DNA of 32,000 nucleotides from Patescibacteria group bacterium (GCA_028713575.1 JAQTOB010000004.1:1-32000), one strand, 5' to 3'; positions 1 to 8,135 are shown, counted from the stretch's first letter. Notes: generated by a model from the sequence alone, not told the origin. Numbers and translations: made by a program.

Positions 1-1
1 T

Positions 2-2008
2 TGGTTTGTAGGCAACAATCAAGACAATGAATTTGCAATTAACTATGGTGATGGATTTACGGATGATCATAATTTATTCAATATTTTACCTAATGGCAAT
101 GTCGGCATCGGCACCACGGCTCCCGGGTCATACAGATTGAACGTTAGCGGAAATGCCAATATTTCCGGAACATTAAGCGCGGGAACGCTTTCTGGCACTT
201 TAGGAGGAACGGTTAGTATTAATGCTACGGATGTTTCCAATGGCGCTTTTGGCGCCGATACCGGCGGCGGCAATTACAGTTTCCCCGGCAATGTCGGCAT
301 CGGCACGATAAGTCCGGGGGCGAAATTAGAGGTGGCAAGCCCTTCTTCAGGCGTGGCCCTAAAGGTTGGTAGAGTCTCTGGACAGCCGAGTATCCAGGGC
401 ACGTCAGATTGGTTCATTATTGATAATGCGGGCAGTGAGCCTTTAGCGCTTAACTATTGGAGTCCTAATAATGTTTTATTAGTACAGGGCGGTGGCAATG
501 TCGGCATTGGCACGACAAGTCCGGGAGTAAAGTTAGACGTCAACGGAGGCAATGTTCGCACCACAAATCAATTGGTTTCTACGGTTGCCACTGGCACGGC
601 GCCATTAGCGGTTTCATCAACTACATTAGTAAGTAATTTAAATGCAGATTTGCTGGACGGAAGCCATGCAAGCGTATTCACAACTCATAACGAAGTGACA
701 GATTTAGGTACAGTATCTTTTACAAATTCAGGTACCACAGCAAATTTTATTAGTGAATTAGAATCTAAGGGTGCTTTTAATAATTACCATAGTATAATGA
801 AAGCTACTTGGAGTTATGACGGTAATAGTGATATTTCAGATACAGGATATGGAACTTTTGAATTAGCAGGATGTGTTATAGAAACATGGACAGACAATGC
901 TAATGACGTTACTAGGGGTAATATACATGTTAGAGTAACAAGGCCAACTACGGGTAGTGGCGGAGGAAAAATACTTGTTTATAATGACCAAGGGACCGGG
1001 TACTCTCCAGGATGGAGACAAATATGGACATCTACTACTGACGGCTCTGGTTCCGGTTTGGATGCTGACCTACTAGATGGACATAATACAAGTTATTTTC
1101 AAACTACACTGACAAATCCGGTTACGGGAACGGGGACGGGAACGGGGACATCTGGTTATCTTCCTAAATTTACAGGAACAAGTACAATTGGGGATAGTCC
1201 TGTTTATACAGATGGCGCTTATGTCGGCATCGGCACGACGAACCCTAGTCAAAAATTAGATGTTAATGGGACAACATTGGCTACTCGATATTATATTGAT
1301 TCAACCTCAAATTATATAGATACTACCGGCTCATATTTAACATTGCAAAGCGGCGGAAATGAAATTGTTATCGGTGGCGGCGCCACAACACATATTAATT
1401 ATAGGGCAGCGCCAAGTGGCACGGCTACTTCATGGGTGTGGCATGCCGGGAGCAGTAGTACTTACGCAAGTCATACAATGGGGAATCTAATAGTTCATGG
1501 TAAAATCAATGCTGATGAGATTGATCCTGTTTACGAGATTGATGGCGTCAAATATGCCACTTATGGTCATTTCACGACCGGCCTGAATGAAGAAACAACC
1601 GGGAAAGTAAAACTTTCCCAAAAAATCAGAAGCACGAAGCACGAAATCCGAAACAAATCACAAATTCAAAACAGTTTAGAAATTAGAAATTCGGATTTAG
1701 AAATTGGAGGAACCGATTATCAATATGTTATTGATTTTAACGAACAGGAAATTGGTTCTGATTTATGGTTATTCAGGCAGGTTACGGCTTTCGGTTATGA
1801 TTGGCAGGATTTGGTCGTCAGTCTGACGCCGGAGGGCCGGGCTGAAGTCTGGTATGAACTTGATGAAAAGGAAAATACCCTGACGATTTTCGGCACTGAT
1901 GCCGTGGCCGTTTCCTATCGTCTGATCGCTCCGCGTTTCGACTGGCCGGAAAGAGATACCAATTTAGCGACAAACCCAGAAGCGCAAGGCATAAAAGTGA
2001 GTCGTTAG
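2..2008 (+). CDS. Tail-fibre-like repeat surface protein, 5' end outside the window
   Basis: The frame of the tracked ORF 137..2008 stays open back to nt 2 (WFVGNNQDNEFAINYGDGF...NGNVGIGTTAPGSYRLNVSG), so the TTG at 137 is not the start. There are four copies of a G-(N/Y)-V-G-I-G-T-x-x-P-x-x-K-L-x-V motif (nt ~97, 287, 493, 1216), two ADLLDG(S)H motifs and a GTGTGTGTG linker. The functional call is by motif resemblance only. Confidence 0.6.
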   Translation, partial: WFVGNNQDNEFAINYGDGFTDDHNLFNILPNGNVGIGTTAPGSYRLNVSGNANISGTLSAGTLSGTLGGTVSINATDVSNGAFGADTGGGNYSFPGNVGIGTISPGAKLEVASPSSGVALKVGRVSGQPSIQGTSDWFIIDNAGSEPLALNYWSPNNVLLVQGGGNVGIGTTSPGVKLDVNGGNVRTTNQLVSTVATGTAPLAVSSTTLVSNLNADLLDGSHASVFTTHNEVTDLGTVSFTNSGTTANFISELESKGAFNNYHSIMKATWSYDGNSDISDTGYGTFELAGCVIETWTDNANDVTRGNIHVRVTRPTTGSGGGKILVYNDQGTGYSPGWRQIWTSTTDGSGSGLDADLLDGHNTSYFQTTLTNPVTGTGTGTGTSGYLPKFTGTSTIGDSPVYTDGAYVGIGTTNPSQKLDVNGTTLATRYYIDSTSNYIDTTGSYLTLQSGGNEIVIGGGATTHINYRAAPSGTATSWVWHAGSSSTYASHTMGNLIVHGKINADEIDPVYEIDGVKYATYGHFTTGLNEETTGKVKLSQKIRSTKHEIRNKSQIQNSLEIRNSDLEIGGTDYQYVIDFNEQEIGSDLWLFRQVTAFGYDWQDLVVSLTPEGRAEVWYELDEKENTLTIFGTDAVAVSYRLIAPRFDWPERDTNLATNPEAQGIKVSR

Positions 2009-2203
2009 AATATAGACAGAAACCGGATATGATAAAATATGATGAGGTGGAATCTCATCAGGAACTCATCAGGGATTTATTAGTATTTTTGTTAGCTGAT
2101 TAATTCTTAGTGTTAATCTTATATTTTGCTAAAAGGTGAAAAATTAATAATTCTTGGGAAGCCCACATTTTCTAATGACTTCATTTGCCGTTTTTTTAAA
2201 GAA

Positions 2204-2212
2204 TGTTAAAAT
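2204..2212 (+). promoter_or_regulatory. Extended -10-like element TGTTAAAAT, upstream copy inside the shared 22-nt module 2193..2214
   Basis: TGnTAnAAT-like sequence. The 22-mer TTTTTAAAGAATGTTAAAATAA is identical to 10191..10212. Confidence 0.3.
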
Positions 2213-2262
2213 AATTGTAAGATAATAAAAGTTATTTTGCACTTACTTTTTTCAAAAAATTT

Positions 2263-2271
2263 TGTTAAAAT
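2263..2271 (+). promoter_or_regulatory. Extended -10-like element TGTTAAAAT directly upstream of ATG 2278
   Basis: The TAAAAT hexamer ends at 2271, 6 nt before the ATG. No Shine-Dalgarno sequence is present, so a leaderless or near-leaderless transcript is implied. Confidence 0.4.
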
Positions 2272-2277
2272 AAGAAT

Positions 2278-2838
2278 ATGGCGAAAAAAAATATCATTAT
2301 TTCCTTAATCGTTTCACTCGTGATTGTTTTGGTCCTTGTTTATTTTCAGATTAATAAGGACGGGAAAACCGAGTTGACAGAGGAGAAAGAACCTCAGCTT
2401 TACGTTCTCTCTGAAGAAGAGATAAATGAATTGGCGCAAGAAGCGCAAAATATGGGGAATCAGGGATTAGCGGAGGAAAATGAAGAAGTCCATCAGTTCA
2501 AAGTCAGTTCTTCGCCGGATTCATATCCCAAATTCGTTTCCGGCACCACCAGTCCCCAAAGACCGAAGCTCGGCGAAGACCATCTTATTTCCATAAAAAT
2601 GAGGGATCCGAACGGCGTCAAAAGCGTTACTCTGGAGATTATGGACCAATTCGGAAAAACGTTGATAGAAAAAATGAATATGGAATTCATTGATGCGGAC
2701 AGGAAAGAAGGCCAGTGGGTGGCGACCTGGAAAGTCCATAGCGTTGGAGACGTTTTCCGGGCCAAGTTTCTGGCGGAAAACGAGCTGGGGCAGACGGATG
2801 ATTTAACGTATTTTATAAGGCTGGACGGTGTTGAATAA
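2278..2838 (+). CDS. Membrane-anchored hypothetical protein
   Basis: ATG start, N-terminal hydrophobic helix (IIISLIVSLVIVLVLVYF), acidic linker and a C-terminal ~100-aa beta-rich region. It lies 33 nt upstream of the giant Cys-rich gene on the same strand. The antisense ORFs 2493..2765 and 2521..2739 are shadows. Confidence 0.6.
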   Translation: MAKKNIIISLIVSLVIVLVLVYFQINKDGKTELTEEKEPQLYVLSEEEINELAQEAQNMGNQGLAEENEEVHQFKVSSSPDSYPKFVSGTTSPQRPKLGEDHLISIKMRDPNGVKSVTLEIMDQFGKTLIEKMNMEFIDADRKEGQWVATWKVHSVGDVFRAKFLAENELGQTDDLTYFIRLDGVE

Positions 2839-2871
2839 TTTTTTAAAAATATATTTTTAAAAATAAAATTT

Positions 2872-5800
2872 ATGAAAAAAAATAATAGCTTAAACCGTTC
2901 CGTGAGAGAAAATAAAATATTATTAGGATTATTTGTTTTTGCCGTTTTTTTATTGCTTAAACCGGCTTACGCTTATCAGATTCAGGTGACTAATTATTCT
3001 CCCTGGATTTGTAATACTGTTTGTAGCGCGAATAACGCAACCTGTGTGGACGTGTATGATACTGCTGAGGGCTGGCTGGGAATGCCGGAATTATGCAGTT
3101 ATGCCAGTCAGGGACTTACTTATTGCGGCTGTAATTGTAAATCCGGCTATGTTCCTTTAGGCAGTACTTGTGTTTGCGAATGTACTTCTGGCGCTTGTTG
3201 CGACGGCTGCCATTACAAAACATCGGGCACGGTTTGTGGCTATTCCGCCTATAAAGGTTGTAGAGGTATTTGTGAGAAGTACCGCGACATTTACAAATGT
3301 ACAGGCACTTCTGCCACTTGTCCAACCACGGATCAGGGAGATAGTTTTACTTATGTTGCCGGCGGCAAAGTCTGTTCAAGCGGAAACGAAATTGATCCGA
3401 CCACTTCTATTTATTGTGATACCAAGGACACATGTAGTGATGGGTCTTGTTCGGGAACCGTATATTTTACTAGTTGCGCAGGAGATGGCCTTTCTTGTGA
3501 TGAGGGACAATATTCTTCAAGCTGGCCGTCACTAACGGTTTACGCCTCTTCGGGCTATACCCTAACTGATACCTGCGGTACCACTGGCACTTCTTATTGC
3601 AATGGCACGGATAATTGTTCGGGTAATACCAGATATACGGGATATAAGTGTAATGGTTCTGGTTCTTGTAGCGTGCCAGCTGGAGATATTGGTTGTTGTG
3701 ACAACACTAAATGCGCTTCCGGATATTATTGTAATTTATTAACTTATACTTGTACGCCCTGCGATTGTACTTCCGGCGCTTGTTGTGACGGCTGTGGGAT
3801 TAAGGCCGCTGGCACGGTTTGCGGCTACTCTGCTTATAACGGTTGCCATGCCAGTAACGCATGCATGAAAAAACGGGACATTTACAAATGCACCGGTTCT
3901 TCCGCTACTTGTCCGACCACGGATCAGGGAGACGATTATACCCCGGTAAGCGCGGACGGAAAAATTTGCAGCGCTGGTAGCGAAGTAGCTCCTTCTTCTG
4001 GTCTTTATTGTACTTATACTAATTCATGCACTGACGGCGCCTGTTCCGGCACGCGGTATTGGCAGGGATGTCTGGGCGGCGACGGCGATCCGGCTCTGTG
4101 TTCCAGTACCGGCCAAACATCCAGCACGATTTATGCTTCTTCTGGTTATAGTTTAACCAGTTCCTGCGGCACCACTGGCACTTCTTATTGCAGTGGTACG
4201 GATAATTGTTCCGGGAATACCAGGTACACGGGATATAAATGTAATAGTTCCGGTAGCTGTAATGTTAGCAGCGGCGACATTGGTTGCTGTGATGATTCAA
4301 AATGTTCAGCAGGTTGGTTTTGTGAAGACTATGTTAGTGGTTCAACGTCTTCGCCAAATTATATTGCCTGCCCTTCAACGGAATATCCTGATTTAACAGA
4401 ACCTCACTGTATTCAACAGGGCTCTAAGTATACCTGCGAACCATCTTATGACATTTTCCGGGGCAATATAGTGTTTGGCGGTTTAACCAATGGTTATAAT
4501 TCTAAAACTGTGGGTATGGGCGCTCCTTTAGGAGATAATTATCCCAACGACTGGTGGTGTCACGGCCATAGCGGACAGGGTGATTTCGGCGTAAAAACTT
4601 TTTACAACCAAGGCGATACTGATTTATGTGTGGGTTATGTTTATGACCCTTGTTGGAACGGTGGTAATGTTTTATATCAAAATGCATCTGGAGTTAGGGG
4701 CGACTTGGGCGATGCTGATCGGACAGAAAATAATTATTCAGGCTGTTCTTGGCACAATATGTGGATAAGTCTTTCTTCTTATTTAGGGGGCTCAAATGGG
4801 TATATGAGTATCTCTTTTGAAGGGAATGGCGATTATTGTTCCCGGAATATTTATTTTGGTTATAAAAAATCAGAAACCGGTTCAGTTACTGACGGAATAA
4901 ACAGCACCTGGTGTTGCGACCAGTCAACCGATTGTGTTGACGATGCGCCGGCCATGGGAGGAGGAAACAGCGACATTGCCGGAATCGGCTCAGGATGTTA
5001 TAACACGAACACCACTCATGATGCGGACGGCGACGGCGACCTAGACGTCTGTAGTAGTGGCAGTTGGATTGATTGCACTTCGGATAGTCATTGCAAAAAT
5101 CATTTTAAATGTGCCGCCCCCACTTGTTATTCAAGTTGTTCTTCAAATAGCCAGTGCGTTTCCGGCTACTATTGTTCCGGTAGCGCTTGTATTCCAATCT
5201 TGCCTAATGGATTGGCTTGCAATGAAAATAGTGATTGCGCCAGCGGAAATTGTCGCAAGGAAATAGACAGCTCTAACTATTTTTGCGCCGCGGCGGGCAA
5301 AGCTTGTTCCGAAGGAGTTTCTGGTCATGAAGGTTATAGCGCGGGGAGTTTGGGCAGTTATGGCAACCCCAGCTGGTTATGTAGCGCAACTGATACCAGT
5401 TATCAGTGCAATGCGGCCAATAAATGTAAAACATATAACTCAAGATATTGCGATGGCGTCAATACTTGGAATTCCGGCACAGGCGCAGGCATATCAGTGA
5501 CAGGTTGCAACGCTTATTCTTGTGGTTCTAGTGTGTTGGTGGTGAGAGACGCTTGTAATGGTTTGGGAGCATGCGCACCTGGGTTTGTTTTAGTAACAAC
5601 CTGTGGCGGCGGGGAAAATAGCAGTTGCGTTGCCGGACAATCAACTTGTCAGAATCTTTGTTCCAACAGCGTGGATGACGACGGAGACGGATACAAAGAC
5701 GCTCAGGATTCCGATTGCGGCGGCTGTTCGCAGTGCACTTCCGGTGCGTGCTGTAATACCTCCACCGGTTGTTATTATTCTTCCAGCACTGTCTGTCGTA

Positions 5801-8115
5801 CGGCGGCCGATCTTTGCGACGAGGTTGAAAATTGTACGGGGTCGTCCGCCAGTTGTCCAAGTGACGCTTTAAAGCCCACTGGCACTGTCTGCCGCGCGGC
5901 GGCCGGACCCTGCGATGTGGCTGAAACTTGTATTGCCGGCGCGCCCTATTGTCCACAAGATGTCAAATTAAGCGGCAAACAATCCTGCAGCACCTGTCAG
6001 TATTGCAACGGTTCTTCCGCCACTTGCCAGTATATGGCTTCAGGATCCGATACTTACGGCGATTGCGGCACCACCGGATGTTATACCGGTAATTGTGACG
6101 GTGCCGGAGCCTGCGCTTATTATCTTTCCGGCCAGCGCAATTGCGCAACATGCCAACAATGCAATGCCAGCGGGACCTGCGTCAATATCACTTCCGGTAC
6201 CGATCCTTACGGCGATTGCGGGACTTGTAAAATTTGTTCCGGTGGCGCTTGTATTAATGTAGCAATTGGGGAAGACCCCAAGAATGATTGTCCTTTTGAT
6301 GATTGCAAAACCGGTCTTTGTAGCGGTTCGGGTTATTGCGCTTATTATACTTCCGGCGAGCAGGAATGCCCTGAATGTCAAGCGTGTAGTAGTAGTGGTG
6401 TATGCGTTAATGCAGAGACGCTGGCCTGTCCTCAAGACAGGATGTATTGTTCAGACACTAACAATCGTCTTTGCGGAGCAAAAGAACCGGGAGAAGTTTG
6501 CTGTGTCCTCAAGAGCTGGGGTTGTTTTACCGCCGACACCATGATTAAGACTACATGGGGAGGTGATAAAAAAATAAATAAAATTAGAGTCGGCGACCTG
6601 GTCCAGGGATATGATACTGAAAAAAAACAAATAAAAGAAGTCGAGGTAAATAATGTTTTTAAACATGAAAAGCAAAATTATTATTCAATTGAATTTAAGG
6701 ACAAAAGCGCTTTGAGAGTGACTAAAGACCATCCTTTATACACGGAAAATGGTTATTTAAAAGTGGAAAATTTGAAAGTAGGAGATAAAATTGGAAGAAT
6801 AAATGGTGATAAACTGGAATTTGTGGAAATAACCAAAATAAAAAAGAGTTTATTTAAAAAATCCGTTTATAACCTGGAGGTTGACGAATACCACAATTAT
6901 TTCGCTAACGGATTTCTAGCACACAACAAAGAAAACGCTTGCGATAAAGCGCCGGACAATGCAGGGATAAAAAAGAACTATCCTTGTGGCACATGTAAAC
7001 TTTGCTATGATGGAAGTTGTGTCAATATTGCCGCAGGAAAAGATTTAAACAACGAGTGTCTAGCTGAAGGATGTTTGACCGGTCTTTGTAGCGGTTCGGG
7101 TTATTGCGCTTATTATACTTCTGGCCAGCAAGCTTGTTATTACGGTATGGTCTGTGACAGTTCGGGAAAGTGCGTTGTAGATCCTAACACAAATACCCTT
7201 GGAGCGGTTCAGGGAGAGACAAGGTTAATAGTAAATAATAAAAATATTTCTTTTAAAGAGGCGGCCATCTTAACCTCCAAGATTGGAACCTGTTTAAATT
7301 ATCCACGTCAGACGTGCCAATCAAATGAGGATTGCCAAATTACTGACTTTGAATGTTTGCCTATGTTAAGATGTTCAAATAATCTTACTGTTACATGTGA
7401 TGATGATTCCGATTGTATAAGCGGAGAAAGCGTTTGTGAGGGAGCAAACGTCCCTGCGATTTATGGGAGTCAAAATGAGAGCGTAATCATCGAGGCAGAT
7501 ATTACATTAAAGCCTGATGCTTATTTAATATTTGGCGATCAGCTTTTGTTTAATGGCGGAAAAATCATTTTGGACGGGGGAGCAATATTAAGGGCAGGAA
7601 GCATGATTCAATCAGGAGGAGGTCAGGGTAGAAGGGCCTGCGCGTGCGTATACTCTTCACTTGAGAATGAGAATTATTCTTTTAGATCATCGGGCATACT
7701 CACTCTTAGTAGTGGACAAGGACTGTGTGATGATAGTATTGTTTGCGAAGAAGGGACCGAGTTATTGGACAATTCATCAATTGATGAGCAGTGGGTTTTT
7801 AAAAGTGAAACAAAGAAGGTAGATTGGGACGGGATTCCTTTTGATTGGGTTGAAGGTGTTCGTTATAAAAAATTTTCTAAATATGATAAATACAGTAATA
7901 ATGATTGTCCCTCCGACTGTGATAAATTTTATTGGCGACCCAAAGAGGATCCGGAATCTGGTGAAATTATCTGGTATTATTATATGTGTTGTTCCGGTAT
8001 AGGCCCCTATGGCCTCTCAGGATGTGGTGGTGGCGAGGCCGTGGACAGGTGTTGGTATGATCCATATTTGCCTCAACTCGCTCCTACAACAATGCCGTTT
8101 TACGGGTGGCAATAA
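2872..8115 (+). CDS. Giant secreted cysteine-rich repeat protein with disintegrin-like modules and an embedded Hint (bacterial intein-like) domain
   Basis: 1747-aa uninterrupted ORF. Signal-peptide-like N-terminus (ILLGLFVFAVFLLLKPAYA|YQ). Extremely Cys/Gly/Ser/Thr-rich with tandem modules. Asp-rich DxDGDG motifs (DADGDGDLD, DDDGDGYKD). Confidence 0.9.
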   Translation: MKKNNSLNRSVRENKILLGLFVFAVFLLLKPAYAYQIQVTNYSPWICNTVCSANNATCVDVYDTAEGWLGMPELCSYASQGLTYCGCNCKSGYVPLGSTCVCECTSGACCDGCHYKTSGTVCGYSAYKGCRGICEKYRDIYKCTGTSATCPTTDQGDSFTYVAGGKVCSSGNEIDPTTSIYCDTKDTCSDGSCSGTVYFTSCAGDGLSCDEGQYSSSWPSLTVYASSGYTLTDTCGTTGTSYCNGTDNCSGNTRYTGYKCNGSGSCSVPAGDIGCCDNTKCASGYYCNLLTYTCTPCDCTSGACCDGCGIKAAGTVCGYSAYNGCHASNACMKKRDIYKCTGSSATCPTTDQGDDYTPVSADGKICSAGSEVAPSSGLYCTYTNSCTDGACSGTRYWQGCLGGDGDPALCSSTGQTSSTIYASSGYSLTSSCGTTGTSYCSGTDNCSGNTRYTGYKCNSSGSCNVSSGDIGCCDDSKCSAGWFCEDYVSGSTSSPNYIACPSTEYPDLTEPHCIQQGSKYTCEPSYDIFRGNIVFGGLTNGYNSKTVGMGAPLGDNYPNDWWCHGHSGQGDFGVKTFYNQGDTDLCVGYVYDPCWNGGNVLYQNASGVRGDLGDADRTENNYSGCSWHNMWISLSSYLGGSNGYMSISFEGNGDYCSRNIYFGYKKSETGSVTDGINSTWCCDQSTDCVDDAPAMGGGNSDIAGIGSGCYNTNTTHDADGDGDLDVCSSGSWIDCTSDSHCKNHFKCAAPTCYSSCSSNSQCVSGYYCSGSACIPILPNGLACNENSDCASGNCRKEIDSSNYFCAAAGKACSEGVSGHEGYSAGSLGSYGNPSWLCSATDTSYQCNAANKCKTYNSRYCDGVNTWNSGTGAGISVTGCNAYSCGSSVLVVRDACNGLGACAPGFVLVTTCGGGENSSCVAGQSTCQNLCSNSVDDDGDGYKDAQDSDCGGCSQCTSGACCNTSTGCYYSSSTVCRTAADLCDEVENCTGSSASCPSDALKPTGTVCRAAAGPCDVAETCIAGAPYCPQDVKLSGKQSCSTCQYCNGSSATCQYMASGSDTYGDCGTTGCYTGNCDGAGACAYYLSGQRNCATCQQCNASGTCVNITSGTDPYGDCGTCKICSGGACINVAIGEDPKNDCPFDDCKTGLCSGSGYCAYYTSGEQECPECQACSSSGVCVNAETLACPQDRMYCSDTNNRLCGAKEPGEVCCVLKSWGCFTADTMIKTTWGGDKKINKIRVGDLVQGYDTEKKQIKEVEVNNVFKHEKQNYYSIEFKDKSALRVTKDHPLYTENGYLKVENLKVGDKIGRINGDKLEFVEITKIKKSLFKKSVYNLEVDEYHNYFANGFLAHNKENACDKAPDNAGIKKNYPCGTCKLCYDGSCVNIAAGKDLNNECLAEGCLTGLCSGSGYCAYYTSGQQACYYGMVCDSSGKCVVDPNTNTLGAVQGETRLIVNNKNISFKEAAILTSKIGTCLNYPRQTCQSNEDCQITDFECLPMLRCSNNLTVTCDDDSDCISGESVCEGANVPAIYGSQNESVIIEADITLKPDAYLIFGDQLLFNGGKIILDGGAILRAGSMIQSGGGQGRRACACVYSSLENENYSFRSSGILTLSSGQGLCDDSIVCEEGTELLDNSSIDEQWVFKSETKKVDWDGIPFDWVEGVRYKKFSKYDKYSNNDCPSDCDKFYWRPKEDPESGEIIWYYYMCCSGIGPYGLSGCGGGEAVDRCWYDPYLPQLAPTTMPFYGWQ
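3181..4330 (+). repeat. Two tandem ~195-codon coding repeats inside the giant gene (unit starts at 3181 and 3766, period 585 nt)
   Basis: C(E/D)CTSGACCDGC...GTVCGYSAY...RDIYKCTG(T/S)SATCPTTDQGD...YASSGY(T/S)LT..CGTTGTSYC.GTDNCSGNTRYTGYKCN.SGSC....GDIGCCD..KC occurs twice. The DNA copies differ mostly at third codon positions. Confidence 0.85.
5725..5961 (+). other. Disintegrin-like cysteine-rich module
   Basis: CSQCTSGACCNTSTGCYYSSSTVCRTAADLCDEVENCTGSSASCPSDALKPTGTVCRAAAGPCDVAETCIAGAPYCPQD matches the disintegrin spacing CR-x5-CD-x2-E-x-C-x-G-x-S-x2-CP-x-D. The second half repeats it. Confidence 0.5.
6310..6353 (+). repeat. 44-bp exact direct repeat, copy 1, upstream of the Hint domain
   Basis: ACCGGTCTTTGTAGCGGTTCGGGTTATTGCGCTTATTATACTTC is identical to 7078..7121. 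It encodes TGLCSGSGYCAYYTS. Confidence 0.9.
6523..6927 (+). other. Hint domain (mini-intein-sized, 135 aa) of the bacterial intein-like type
   Basis: Block A CFTADTMI, block B VTKDHPLYT (TxxH), terminal blocks VYNLEVDEYHNYFANGFLAHN. The residue after HN is Lys (AAA 6928..6930), not Cys/Ser/Thr. Confidence 0.8.
7078..7121 (+). repeat. 44-bp exact direct repeat, copy 2, downstream of the Hint domain
   Basis: Identical to 6310..6353. The offset is 768 nt, which equals 256 codons and is in frame. Confidence 0.9.
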
Positions 8116-8135
8116 GCAAAAAATCTACAAAAAAT

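Noticed and set aside
137-139. TTG at 137 as the start of the first gene.
   Set aside because: The reading frame is open to nt 2, and the upstream residues contain another copy of the GNVGIGT motif. The gene therefore continues beyond the window.
2040-2075. A CTGATGAG-containing sequence (also at 27727..27740) as a possible hammerhead ribozyme core, plus a shared 11-mer TGATGAGGTGG between the two sites.
   Set aside because: No correctly placed GAAA / cleavage-site triplet or three-stem arrangement could be built. An 11-mer match is expected by chance many times in 32 kb. The 2040..2063 hairpin (TGATGAG/CTCATCA) may simply be a weak terminator after the first gene.
3116-6675. About a dozen 60-140-aa ORFs on both strands inside the giant Cys-rich gene (for example 3170..3535, 5528..5956, 6040..6435, 6266..6544).
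   Set aside because: All lie wholly within the 1747-aa ORF, which has coherent repeated domain structure. Their products are low-complexity Arg/Ala/Val-rich shadows typical of alternative frames of GC-richer coding DNA.
6523-6930. A canonical self-splicing intein.
   Set aside because: The +1 residue after the terminal His-Asn is Lys. The host is a secreted repeat protein rather than a conserved essential enzyme. The features fit the bacterial intein-like (BIL) class instead.
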